Shown here one piece after another: positions 11,605-20,664 of a DNA stretch of 64,000 nt; position 1 is the first letter of the stretch, and each line of letters begins with the position of its first letter. The position numbers and the translations under genes were made by a program. The notes under the pieces are model-generated. The model was not told the DNA's origin. It did not search any database and saw only the letters and a list, made by a program, of their open reading frames with translations. Source of the DNA: Nitrosopumilus sp. (GTDB lineage Archaea; Thermoproteota; Nitrososphaeria; Nitrososphaerales; Nitrosopumilaceae); contig OZ252243.1 in NCBI GenBank assembly GCA_965249555.1, forward strand, positions 1,952,001 to 2,016,000. Reading direction: 5' to 3'.

Positions 11605-12191
11605 TTTTCTTTCACCTGTAAAATAAAATTTTCTAGAATTTTTTTACCTTCTCTAGTCATTATTGATTCTGGATGAAATTGCACTCCGACAATTAGATAA
11701 TCTTTGTGTTTTATTGCCATAATTTCTCCATCATCAGCAGCAGTAGCTGTTACTTCTAATACATCTGGAATTACTGTTTTGTCTCCTACAAGACTATGAT
11801 ATCTTGTTGCTCTAAATGGATTCTTTACATCTTTGAATAGTTTTGAATTATTGTGATTCACTGGACTAGTCTTTCCATGTCTTACACATCCTGCATTTGT
11901 AACTTTGCCCCCAAAGGCATGAATGATTCCTTGATGTCCAAGACATACTCCAAGGATTGGTGTAGTTGCTCCCATGTCTTTTATCACATCTGAGCACACT
12001 CCAAAGTATTTCTTCTCTTCTGGAGTTCCAGGACCTGGAGAAATTATTATTGCATCATAGTTTCTCTCTTTGATCTCATTTAATGTGATTTTGTCATTTC
12101 GGATTACATCTGATTTTACTCCAAGCTCTCCAAGGTATTGTGCAATGTTATACACAAACGAATCGTAATTATCGATGATTAAAAATTTCAT
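11601..12191 (-). CDS. trpG: Anthranilate synthase component II
   Basis: IDNYDSF, SPGPG, GVCLGHQ, RYHSL, QFHPES. Confidence 0.96.
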   Translation of the reverse strand: MKFLIIDNYDSFVYNIAQYLGELGVKSDVIRNDKITLNEIKERNYDAIIISPGPGTPEEKKYFGVCSDVIKDMGATTPILGVCLGHQGIIHAFGGKVTNAGCVRHGKTSPVNHNNSKLFKDVKNPFRATRYHSLVGDKTVIPDVLEVTATAADDGEIMAIKHKDYLIVGVQFHPESIMTREGKKILENFILQVKEK

Positions 12192-13537
12192 TTTGTTGCC
12201 TCCTTTAATGCTTGGAGCATTGCGCCTGCTTTGTGTTCCGTTTCTTTGAATTCGTATTCTGCAATGGAATCTGAAACAATTCCTGCTCCTGATTGAACAA
12301 ACCCTTTGTTCCCATCAATGAATATGCTTCTAATTGCTATTGCAAAATCACAGCATCCATTAAATGAGAAATATCCAACAGCTCCTGCATACGGACCCCT
12401 TGCTTCAGTTTCTAATTCATCAATTATTTGCATTGCCCTGACTTTGGGTGCGCCAGATACTGTCCCTGCTGGAAATACTGCCTTGAATGCATCAAACATG
12501 TCATTTTCAGGCGCCAAACTACCTACTACGTGTGTAACTATATGTTGAACATGACTAAACTGCTTTATCTGCATTAGAGATTCTGGGTGAACTGTTCCAT
12601 ACTTGCATACTCGACCTATGTCGTTTCGTCCCAAATCAACTAACATTGTGTGCTCTGCTAATTCTTTTTCATCATGCAGTAATTCGTCAGCTAACTGTTT
12701 GTTCTTTTCATCATCATCTGTTATTTTCCTGGTTCCGGCAATTGGGAAAGTCTCTACTTTGTCATCAGTAATTCTAACTAACATTTCAGGAGATGCACCA
12801 ATGATTGTTTTGGGGCCTTGTTTTAGATGATACATGTAAGGTGATGGATTTAGCTTGCGTAATGTTTTATATAATGTTAGATTATCGCCCTTATTTTCAA
12901 ATGCAAATTTCCTAGATAAAACAACTTGGAAAATATCTCCATCGTGGATTAATTTTTTTGCCTTGTTTACAATATCTGAAAATTTTTCCTCATTCATGTT
13001 TGGTATTACTTCTGATGAATGAAAATCTCCAAATGTATCATCGCCTATCTTTAGCTTATCAAATCTATTTTCATCATGATAAAAGTAGAATAGTTTTTTG
13101 TATAAATTATCATATAATATTCCATCATCATAAATTCCAAACTCCATTAGTGGTTGTGGTGAATTGTGAGTATCAGGGATTTGCTCAACTAGTCTTATTG
13201 CATCATAGTTCACTACTCCTACTGCTCCTCCTAAATATCGATAACTTTGATCATCTGATTTTCCTAAGAGTTTTTTTAATTCTCCAAATGGGTCTGTAGT
13301 TTGTACGGTTTCAGTATCTCCACCTCTGAGAATCTCAACCTTATCTGAATACCCTTTGAGAATTATTTTTGGATCAAATCCCATTACTGACGTTTCTGCT
13401 AGTACTTCAGGACCAGTTAATGATTCAAAGAGAAATGAATGTGAATAGTTTCTTGAAATTTTATTGTAAATTTGAAATTGGTTTTCAGATAAATCTAGGG
13501 GTATTACTTTTGCTTGAGAGTTTCCAAATGTGTTCAC
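12188..13537 (-). CDS. trpE: Anthranilate synthase component I
   Basis: NPSPYMY, PIAGTR, EHTMLVDLGRND, GTVSGAPK. Confidence 0.96.
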   Translation of the reverse strand: MNTFGNSQAKVIPLDLSENQFQIYNKISRNYSHSFLFESLTGPEVLAETSVMGFDPKIILKGYSDKVEILRGGDTETVQTTDPFGELKKLLGKSDDQSYRYLGGAVGVVNYDAIRLVEQIPDTHNSPQPLMEFGIYDDGILYDNLYKKLFYFYHDENRFDKLKIGDDTFGDFHSSEVIPNMNEEKFSDIVNKAKKLIHDGDIFQVVLSRKFAFENKGDNLTLYKTLRKLNPSPYMYHLKQGPKTIIGASPEMLVRITDDKVETFPIAGTRKITDDDEKNKQLADELLHDEKELAEHTMLVDLGRNDIGRVCKYGTVHPESLMQIKQFSHVQHIVTHVVGSLAPENDMFDAFKAVFPAGTVSGAPKVRAMQIIDELETEARGPYAGAVGYFSFNGCCDFAIAIRSIFIDGNKGFVQSGAGIVSDSIAEYEFKETEHKAGAMLQALKEATK

Positions 13538-13688
13538 CCATAGACAAAATTTTAGTGGTTTATTATTTAAATTGAATAGTAGGTTTTACTGACACTGATT
13601 TTGTCTAAAATGATTGATTTTGTAGGCGTGTAACAATTACGGTATAGTACGGTACCTTTATATCATATTTGATCGTAGTGCAATTACC

Positions 13689-13877
13689 ATGCAAGGAGTA
13701 AATCAGGCAATTATTCAAGATATGCAGATTCTCAGAAAATCACAGTATACTACATCTGTCTCTAAAGTTGAATGCTATGTTTGTGGCAAGGGATTAGAAG
13801 ATGGCCATAGTATAACTGCCAAGACATTGCCTCATGGAATAGTGTTATTTTGCGATGTTCATTATTCATTACAATAA
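13689..13877 (+). CDS. Small zinc-finger protein (CxxC...CxxH)
   Basis: CYVC...FCDVH; TATA-like TTTATA about 30 nt upstream of the ATG. Confidence 0.7.
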   Translation: MQGVNQAIIQDMQILRKSQYTTSVSKVECYVCGKGLEDGHSITAKTLPHGIVLFCDVHYSLQ

Positions 13878-13921
13878 TTGACCATAAACGCGATTATGTA
13901 CTAGTTCATACTATCTAGAGT

Positions 13922-14520
13922 ATGGGTATTCAAAGGAGTTTACTAATTTTTCAAAATTCATTAAAATCAAAAAATTCTGTAAAAACTCACACATATCTTT
14001 TACAAAACTTTATGAAATTTTACAAAATATCTGATTACAATTCTGTAGTTAACATCGAAAAAAAAACTTCAAACAATGATTGAAGATTATGTAATGGAAT
14101 TAAAAGATAAAATATTCCCAAATTCAATTTCAACTTACGCTAATCCGATTAAGACTTGGAATCAAATGATATTGATCTTAATTGGATGAAAATCAAAAGA
14201 CCATAACCCTGTTATGGTAAAGCGTTCTGGTTCTTCTGCATATTCTACTGAAGATGTAAAGAAAATGCTAGATGTTACAACAAAAATTCGAAACAAAGCA
14301 ATCATTCACTTTATGGCTTTCACTGGTTTTTGAATTGTGGCATTGCCTGATTTACAACTAAGACACATTAGAGATATGCCATTAGGCTGTAAAATGATTA
14401 CAGTTTATGAGGATTCAATAGAAGAGTATCAGACTTTTTTAACTCCTGAAGCAAGTAGTGTTTTAGATAATTACTTTGATCAAAGAAGAAAGAGTAATGA
14501 GAATCTGACAGACAAAGACA
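13922..14520 (+). pseudogene. Degraded tyrosine recombinase/integrase (thaumarchaeal type)
   Basis: Pieces read FQNSLKSKNSVKTHTY, MIEDYVMELK, AYSTEDVKKMLD..IRNKAIIHFMAFTGF*IVALPDL, VYEDSIEEYQTFLTPEA. Frameshifts, in-frame stops (one at the position of the catalytic Arg) and no C-terminal HxxR/Y part. Confidence 0.8.
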
Positions 14521-14637
14521 AGGGTAAAGAACTTTTTTCTTTAACATCCAGAGGTTTGGTAGAATATGAAAAAATAAAAGAAAAATTCAATCTTTAAGTC
14601 AGTTTGTTGAAATCTTTTTTAGAATAATTGTATTTTA

Positions 14638-15174
14638 TTGGCATTAAACATTACAATCATTATCCAACTAGCAACACAACCGTTAATATTTTCATTATTA
14701 CAATCTAATGAGTTGAGAAGACGTGTTTTCAAATTAGAAGAACCGTTTAGAGAAATTATGGAGAAAGACATAGCCAAGAAATTCACTAGTGAATTATTCA
14801 CTGCATGTGGAGCAACTCTAGAATCACTATTTAAGTACGACAACAAAGACAACACACATGTTTGGGTTTATGATGCCAATGATGAAATTTTAGCTGTATT
14901 AGTTTTTGAAGATTTAGGAAAAGAATTTCATATAGTTGGCGTGTCTAATAATTTTGCAATAAATGAAACTATTTTAGATGATGCAAAACCAGGCGGTTCA
15001 TTGTATCTGGTTATGGAAAATTTTGCCATCGATATGGGTGTGAAAAAAATATTTCTGGAGTCAATTGAGATTAGAACTGACTATTGGAAAATAATGGGAT
15101 TTAATTCAACAGGTGATCCAAAGGATGGAAAATTTTGCAAATTATTCCCTATGGCGAAGGAACTTAAGCAATGA
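14638..15174 (+). CDS. Putative GNAT-fold acetyltransferase (true start probably downstream)
   Basis: PGGSLY...AIDMGVKKIFLES...YWKIMGF resembles GNAT motifs A/B. Confidence 0.55.
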   Translation: MALNITIIIQLATQPLIFSLLQSNELRRRVFKLEEPFREIMEKDIAKKFTSELFTACGATLESLFKYDNKDNTHVWVYDANDEILAVLVFEDLGKEFHIVGVSNNFAINETILDDAKPGGSLYLVMENFAIDMGVKKIFLESIEIRTDYWKIMGFNSTGDPKDGKFCKLFPMAKELKQ

Positions 15175-15373
15175 TTTCTTTTTTTGTCTCAGGAGTATAA
15201 TCTGGCATTGGTTCCATAGAATGGATTTGTTTTAAAACAATTTGAATCTCTGGATCATTTCTAAGAGTGTTTTCAAGAAGTTGTGATTTACTTTGTTTTA
15301 ATTTAGTAGCCAAAATTCCAATTGCACTAACTAAATCTCCATTGAATGTGTATGATTTTGCGATTTTTGTCAT
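15164..15373 (-). CDS. Small ribbon-helix-helix-like DNA-binding protein
   Basis: Probable start MTKIAKSYTFNGDLVSAIGILATKLKQSKSQLLENTL has a beta-helix-SKS-helix pattern. Confidence 0.5.
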   Translation of the reverse strand: MTKIAKSYTFNGDLVSAIGILATKLKQSKSQLLENTLRNDPEIQIVLKQIHSMEPMPDYTPETKKEIIA

Positions 15374-15607
15374 ACTATTATATGATATATATCGCATAAA
15401 TATACTACTGTTAGGCATAAATGTAAAAATTTCTGTTTTTATATAACAAATAATTTCATGCATGAAAAACCAAATAAATCGATTAGTAGAAACCCAAAAG
15501 ACTATTTGCTTCAATTTCAACAATAATCAATTTCAAAATAATCGCGAATTATTGATACAATTGGTACTGTTAACTTTAGATTTTCCTCCATTGCATCATT
15601 ATCGTTT

Positions 15608-15832
15608 TTGAGTTGTTTTTGTAATGGCACTAAGTGGAGATTTGAAATGGATGAACATCAAAGATCTATTACAGATTCTTTAGATAAACCAAAATCAAAA
15701 TGGTTATCAATGTCATCAAAGTATGTTGGAACTTGTGTGCAATGCAATGGGGTAATTAATCAAGGTGAATCAATCTTATGGAATAAAGAGAAAGGTGCTA
15801 AACATGAGGACTTGTCCTATACTTTTCACTGA
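15608..15832 (+). CDS. Small zinc-finger-like protein
   Basis: SKYVGTCVQC...GESILW...AKH. Confidence 0.55.
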   Translation: MSCFCNGTKWRFEMDEHQRSITDSLDKPKSKWLSMSSKYVGTCVQCNGVINQGESILWNKEKGAKHEDLSYTFH

Positions 15833-15959
15833 AAGCTCCAAAACAATAATGTTATTTTTTTAATAAGTTAAATTCCTAAAAGGTTAGAATAATATCTGGA
15901 TTCTAAACAATAACAACTTGATAGTGAACCTTATAGATCATTAATACTGAAAAAATTAC

Positions 15960-16175
15960 ATGGTAGATCATGTTCATGTTTGGAGAAAAAAATTGAGACT
16001 GCGAGAACTTATGGATATTACAAATCAAGAATTAGAATCAGGCAAAAAAATTACTGTAATTAATGAAATATTAGATATACAAATGCAAAAACGATGGAAC
16101 TTGGTTAGTACTAGAAAACAACACCTTGATGATATAAAGAAAATATTGGCAAATCAATATGTTTTAGTGATTTAA
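15960..16175 (+). CDS. Hypothetical protein
   Basis: 71-aa ORF with ATG and plausible composition. Confidence 0.55.
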   Translation: MVDHVHVWRKKLRLRELMDITNQELESGKKITVINEILDIQMQKRWNLVSTRKQHLDDIKKILANQYVLVI

Positions 16176-16205
16176 AATTTTAATTTCTGGTATCTAAATA
16201 AATTC

Positions 16206-16303
16206 AAAAGATTGAAGTTTTTGGGTTTGTCCTTTACTCTGTCTTGCCATATGCATCGACATGTAACACGACAATAGGATGTTGTGGAATCTTCAATCTT
16301 CGT
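16206..16303 (-). ncRNA. Candidate ~100-nt structured RNA (RNA-A, copy 1)
   Basis: 10-bp closing stem AAGATTGAAG/CTTCAATCTT, internal bubble, irregular apical hairpin; conserved TTTATCA box upstream on the minus strand. Confidence 0.6.
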
Positions 16304-16436
16304 TAATTATATGTTATATTAAATGATAAACTAGATCAACAAAATTATGTATATTTGTACATATTTAACATAAATTATAAACAAATATTAGACTTGTATG
16401 ATATATACTTAAATTTCATTTCTACGTATTTGATAT

Positions 16437-16609
16437 AACGAGGATCTATCAAACTGCTAAGAAAATCCATCAGAATTTGAAGGATTCTAATGGAAAACTT
16501 TGAAGAAGCAGAAAGATAGGGAAAAAGGAATACACAAAAAAAGATGGAAGCATCTAAAATTCAAAAGTGTATTCCAATTAATCCTCGTTTCCTAATTCGA
16601 TATTTTTTT
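16437..16609 (+). ncRNA. Candidate ~170-nt multi-stem RNA (RNA-B, copy 1)
   Basis: P1 AACGAGGA/TCCTCGTT, CTATC/GATAG, CTGCT/AGCAG, GGAATACAC/GTGTATTCC, AGATG-GAAG-CATCT; CTTAAAT 29 nt upstream; T-tract at end. Confidence 0.7.
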
Positions 16610-16943
16610 ACAAATTTGCAACAAATTGATAAATTATGACAGAACCTATCACTATTCCAACAATTGCACCAATAATCATCCCAATCTTTTTGAGTTTTTC
16701 TCTTTTTTCAAATTCAATATTGGCTTTTCTTTTTATTTCTGAGTGATGTTTCTTACAACGGAATTTGCCTTCATATTCCTGAAATCCTTTTCCCCCACAT
16801 TCTTCACATCTTCTTTCATTCGTGGTGGTTTTTTTGAGTTTTTCTTTTTTTACTACCGGTTCTAAATCTATGATCGCCTTTTCTTCATTTAGCATCTTTT
16901 CAGCTTTGTCTTCTGCAGTTCTTTTTTTTGGCTCATCTGTCAT
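16608..16943 (-). CDS. Membrane-anchored zinc-finger protein
   Basis: CEEC...CKKH plus C-terminal hydrophobic helix. Confidence 0.75.
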   Translation of the reverse strand: MTDEPKKRTAEDKAEKMLNEEKAIIDLEPVVKKEKLKKTTTNERRCEECGGKGFQEYEGKFRCKKHHSEIKRKANIEFEKREKLKKIGMIIGAIVGIVIGSVIIYQFVANL

Positions 16944-17241
16944 TAAATCAACCTTGATAGAACTTTTAGTGATTTAAAAATTTTAAAAATCTAAAACTAT
17001 GAAAAGAGTAGTAATCTTTAACTGGAATTTATGATATTTTTTACTAAATGAACAAGACTGAGAAAAATATATCAAATGAGATTATGAAAGAGCATTCCAG
17101 ATTATTAAACGATTTAGATTCTGAAAAAAACTCTCCAATTATACTAGAAACAAAGAATTCGAGTAAAAAATATCCATAACTGTTGGATTTTAATTTGGAT
17201 AATTTATGCTAGATTATCTTGATAATTCTTTCTTAATCTAA

Positions 17242-17508
17242 TCAAGCCATCTGAGCCGGAGCCTGTCCATCATATCCCTGTTTTTTGTGTATAGAGTCAA
17301 TTACTGACCTTGTAAATCTATCAAAGTCTTCATTTTTCATAGAATCAATGACTTCATCTACCGTTTTATTCATGTCAATTTCCTTGCATCTGCGGTCTGC
17401 CTCAGAACAATAAAACTCGATATAACTTTGAATATAATCATATTCTGGTCCTTGAATTCCTATTTCCAACCTTCTTCTACTTAATCTCTCTCTCCAGGTT
17501 TCACTCAT
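17242..17508 (-). CDS. Hypothetical protein
   Basis: 88-aa ORF with ATG and protein-like composition. Confidence 0.7.
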   Translation of the reverse strand: MSETWRERLSRRRLEIGIQGPEYDYIQSYIEFYCSEADRRCKEIDMNKTVDEVIDSMKNEDFDRFTRSVIDSIHKKQGYDGQAPAQMA

Positions 17509-17560
17509 TGAATCACCATTGATACTACTTTATCGCATTTAAAGAAAATTATTTTTTATT

Positions 17561-18226
17561 TTACTTTATAACCTCATAGAACTGATTGAGACGTTGAGTC
17601 AGTAAATCCTTGTAATCTTCCGTTCTTTTTATGAATTCCATTCTTGTATTTTTCTCACTGCTTACTAGAATTACAACTTGTTTTACTTCAATTCCTGTTA
17701 ATTCTTTGAACATTTCTGAATATGCGGCACCTTGAATAAAATGATCAGTCATCCATTCTTCTTGCTGATTACTTCGTTTTGTTTTATAGTCTATTATTGA
17801 TAATTCTCCATTGTATTTGGCAATACAATCAGACATTCCTGCCAGTTTCATTTTTTTGCTATACAGTCTTAATTCAATTCCATGAATGTCATTGATTTTT
17901 TGTAAAAATGGAATTAGATTATTAAAATGAGCAACTGACAATAGTCTGACCTCGTCAGTTTGTGTTATTTCATTTAGGTGATTTTCAATTAATTTATGAG
18001 TTTGAGTACCTATTATTGAAGATTCTTCTGTAATATATTGAGCAGCTATCTCCTGCTCTTTCCAATTTTGTAGGCTTTGTTGTTTTTCAGCAGACATTGT
18101 TTTGTGTAGTATTGTTGTAATTGATGGAAAAATATCCCCATCTGGTGTTTGATAGTAATGTGCATCATCTTTTTCAATTAATTCTGCTTGTTGAAAATTA
18201 ATTGGAATGTGATTAAACATGTGCAT
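17561..18226 (-). CDS. PD-(D/E)XK exonuclease (MGME1/phage exonuclease-like)
   Basis: PSITTIL, GTQTH, LAGMSDCIA...IIDYKT, Q..AY. Confidence 0.85.
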   Translation of the reverse strand: MHMFNHIPINFQQAELIEKDDAHYYQTPDGDIFPSITTILHKTMSAEKQQSLQNWKEQEIAAQYITEESSIIGTQTHKLIENHLNEITQTDEVRLLSVAHFNNLIPFLQKINDIHGIELRLYSKKMKLAGMSDCIAKYNGELSIIDYKTKRSNQQEEWMTDHFIQGAAYSEMFKELTGIEVKQVVILVSSEKNTRMEFIKRTEDYKDLLTQRLNQFYEVIK

Positions 18227-18299
18227 CTTGTAAATTTGTTATTTCAGTGTAATTTTAAACTCTTTATTTCTAATTTGTTAAAATTCAAGTATTCCGATC

Positions 18300-19514
18300 T
18301 TAATTTTCTTTGAATCTAGCAGCTTCATCAGAGCCACCAGTTGCATTACCTTTGCTGTAGGAATGCGCTCCAACTCCTGCCAAACTTCCACCCTTTACAA
18401 TTAGATATTCATCCCGTATTGGTTTGTCATCAAGCCAACACTCCAAAATCTCCCTAACCCCTGATGCATATCTTGTCTGAGCAGAAAGTGATGTTCCAGA
18501 AGTGTGAGGAGTCATGCCATGATTTGGCATTGTTCTCCACGGATGATCCTTTGGTGGGGGTTGTGGAAACCAAACATCCCCTGCATATCCTGCTAATTGT
18601 CCTGTCTCTAGTGCTTTTGTCACAGCATTTCTGTCACAAATTTTCCCACGAGCAGTATTTACTAAATATGCCCCATGTTTCATCTTGCTAATCAATTCTT
18701 CATCAAATAGATTTTCAGTCTCTGGATGAAGCGGTGCATTAATTGTAATTACATCACATACCTTTACCATCTCCTCTACACTTTGGTGAAATGTCAATCC
18801 AAGTTCTTTCTCAGTTTCTTCAGGTAATCTATGTTTATCAAAATAATGAAGCTTGACATCAAATGGTTTCATTCTCTTTAGTACGGCCAATCCTATTCTT
18901 CCCGCAGCTACTGTTCCAACATTCATTCCCTCTACATCGTATGACCTTGATACACAATCCGCAATGTTCCATCCATTTTTGATTACCCAGTTGTATGATG
19001 GGATGTAGTTTCTTACCAATCCTAGGATCATCATTACAACATGTTCTGATACACTGATGCTATTGGAATACGTTACCTCCGTTACTGTAATGTCATTATC
19101 CATCGCTGCTTGCAAGTCTACATGGTCAGATCCAATTCCTGCTGTGATTACCATCTTTAGCTTTGGTGCCTTTGCAATTCTTTGAGCAGTAAGATAAGCT
19201 GGCCAGAAAGGCTGTGATATTGCAATGTCTGTATCTACTAACTCTTTTTCAAATACCGAATTTGGTCCGTCTTTGTCAGATGTTACAACATAAGTGTGTC
19301 CCCGCTCTTCTAAGAATTTTCGTAATCCCAGTTCTCCTGAAACACATCCTAAAAGTTCTCCTGGGTTAAAATCAATTTTTTCTGGAGTAGGTGTACTTTG
19401 GCCACCAGGATAACTTGTGATCTTTGGAATATCTGTTCTTGCATAATTTGGTGGGAACTTGTCTTCTGGGTCATCATATAATACACATAATATCTTTAGA
19501 TTTTCTTTACTCAT
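18300..19514 (-). CDS. fdh: NAD-dependent (metal-independent) formate dehydrogenase
   Basis: LCVLYDDP, SQPFWPAYLT, TAGIGSDHVDL, AAGRIG, GDVWFPQPPPKDHPWR, AQTRYASG, GAHSYSKG; closely matches the Pseudomonas sp. 101-type FDH as recalled. Confidence 0.95.
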   Translation of the reverse strand: MSKENLKILCVLYDDPEDKFPPNYARTDIPKITSYPGGQSTPTPEKIDFNPGELLGCVSGELGLRKFLEERGHTYVVTSDKDGPNSVFEKELVDTDIAISQPFWPAYLTAQRIAKAPKLKMVITAGIGSDHVDLQAAMDNDITVTEVTYSNSISVSEHVVMMILGLVRNYIPSYNWVIKNGWNIADCVSRSYDVEGMNVGTVAAGRIGLAVLKRMKPFDVKLHYFDKHRLPEETEKELGLTFHQSVEEMVKVCDVITINAPLHPETENLFDEELISKMKHGAYLVNTARGKICDRNAVTKALETGQLAGYAGDVWFPQPPPKDHPWRTMPNHGMTPHTSGTSLSAQTRYASGVREILECWLDDKPIRDEYLIVKGGSLAGVGAHSYSKGNATGGSDEAARFKEN

Positions 19515-19639
19515 TTCTCTAGACTTGATGAAATCCTAAACCTGTAAATTAACTTGATCCTCCTAATGAAAAGTTGATTTAGCATATTTTGTATGCCAGA
19601 TTTTTTGTTTTCCAACATGCTTAAGTTCATTTTTTTCTA

Positions 19640-19843
19640 ATGGCATGCATGGATAATCCAACTGAAATCAACTCTGTATATTGGAACGAAAAAAAAAAAT
19701 CATGGGCACACAAGCTGATTCAAGTTGAAGAATATCACGGATTTGAGGAATGTCAGCAATGTCGTAGACCCATGTCCCATAATATCAAAACAGATGGAGA
19801 ATTCAAAGTCGTCTATGTGGAATGTGGATGCTCAAGGCGATAA
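19640..19843 (+). CDS. Small Cys-containing (zinc-ribbon-like) protein
   Basis: CQQC and ECGC motifs; CTTAAG TATA-like box upstream. Confidence 0.7.
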   Translation: MACMDNPTEINSVYWNEKKKSWAHKLIQVEEYHGFEECQQCRRPMSHNIKTDGEFKVVYVECGCSRR

Positions 19844-19983
19844 TCCAATTTCAAGAAATAATGGTGATTCATTAGAGACAGGCATACATTCGGCTGCAAA
19901 GCTTTATGCCAAATTACACCCCACAGAAGAAAATGCAAAAATAAGAACGAATGAATTTAAAATGAAATTGGTAGAATAGAGTC

Positions 19984-20223
19984 ATGTTTTACCCTTTTTC
20001 TCTTGTTAAAGTAGTATTGAAAAATATAGGGTTTGAAATAAAAGAAGATGATGACGGTGTACTGTCATTTATTCACAAAACTACAAACCAAGAAGTGTTA
20101 ATAGGCATAGACAAGGAATTAGGATCAAATTATCTAAGAAATAAAATGCAAGAAATTAATTTACCTTTTGATTATTTTCATCATCTTACAGAGACCGTCA
20201 AAAAAATAAGTGATAATAAATAA
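19984..20223 (+). CDS. Possible HicA-like small protein
   Basis: Pattern LVKVVLKNIGF...F.H......IG..KELG..YLR..M.EI.L resembles the HicA fold; catalytic GSH not evident. Confidence 0.4.
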   Translation: MFYPFSLVKVVLKNIGFEIKEDDDGVLSFIHKTTNQEVLIGIDKELGSNYLRNKMQEINLPFDYFHHLTETVKKISDNK

Positions 20224-20227
20224 AATC

Positions 20228-20542
20228 TCAATCCTTTTCAAATCCTTTACTAACAAAGCCATTTGTTACATGCAAAAATGAGCCTAATCTCATGGCAGCC
20301 TCTTTAGAAGACAGTCTTTTAATGCGATCTTCAAGTTCCTGAATAGTCATTTCTCCTATTAGTTTGGTTTTATCCTCATCATCTCTATGATGAATATCCT
20401 CTAAGATGGTTACTAACTGAGAACGACAAATGTTCATGAGATGTCTCATCAAGATTAAACATAGGTCAGGTACCCCATCTTTAGCAGGTCTTTTAATAAC
20501 AAAATCACCACACAGATGGCAATTTGTTTTAAAATCACTCAT
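20228..20542 (-). CDS. Hypothetical protein with CxxC motif
   Basis: CHLC near the N-terminus. Confidence 0.6.
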   Translation of the reverse strand: MSDFKTNCHLCGDFVIKRPAKDGVPDLCLILMRHLMNICRSQLVTILEDIHHRDDEDKTKLIGEMTIQELEDRIKRLSSKEAAMRLGSFLHVTNGFVSKGFEKD

Positions 20543-20664
20543 GGTGATAATATTATAACCTCATCTGAAAATATGATCTACTTCTAGTCAAAGGGTGGTT
20601 TACTAGTATATCAATTAAAAAATTTCCAACAAGCTTAAATCTTCATGCTCATTCTTGAATTTAA

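Larger units (their letters stand above)
16206..16609. repeat. ~400-bp non-coding cassette, copy 1 (homologous to 21551-21933)
   Basis: Colinear shared blocks TTGTCCTTTACTCTGTCTTGC, GACATGTAACACGACAATAGGATGT, ATGATAAACTAGATCAA, GAAAACTTTGA, AGATGGAAGCATCTAAAATTC, CCTCGTTTCCTAATTCG. Confidence 0.92.

Noticed and set aside
16544-16640. Peptide ORF MEASKI... in both cassette copies
   Set aside because: An indel shifts the frame between copies after about 12 codons; conservation follows base pairing, not codons.
17561-18226. Cas4
   Set aside because: Lacks the four-Cys Fe-S ligand pattern; no CRISPR context.
18300-19514. Phosphite dehydrogenase PtxD partnering phnDCE
   Set aside because: FDH-specific motifs (QPFWPAY, GIGSDH, WFPQP) are present, and the gene is about 29 kb from the transporter.
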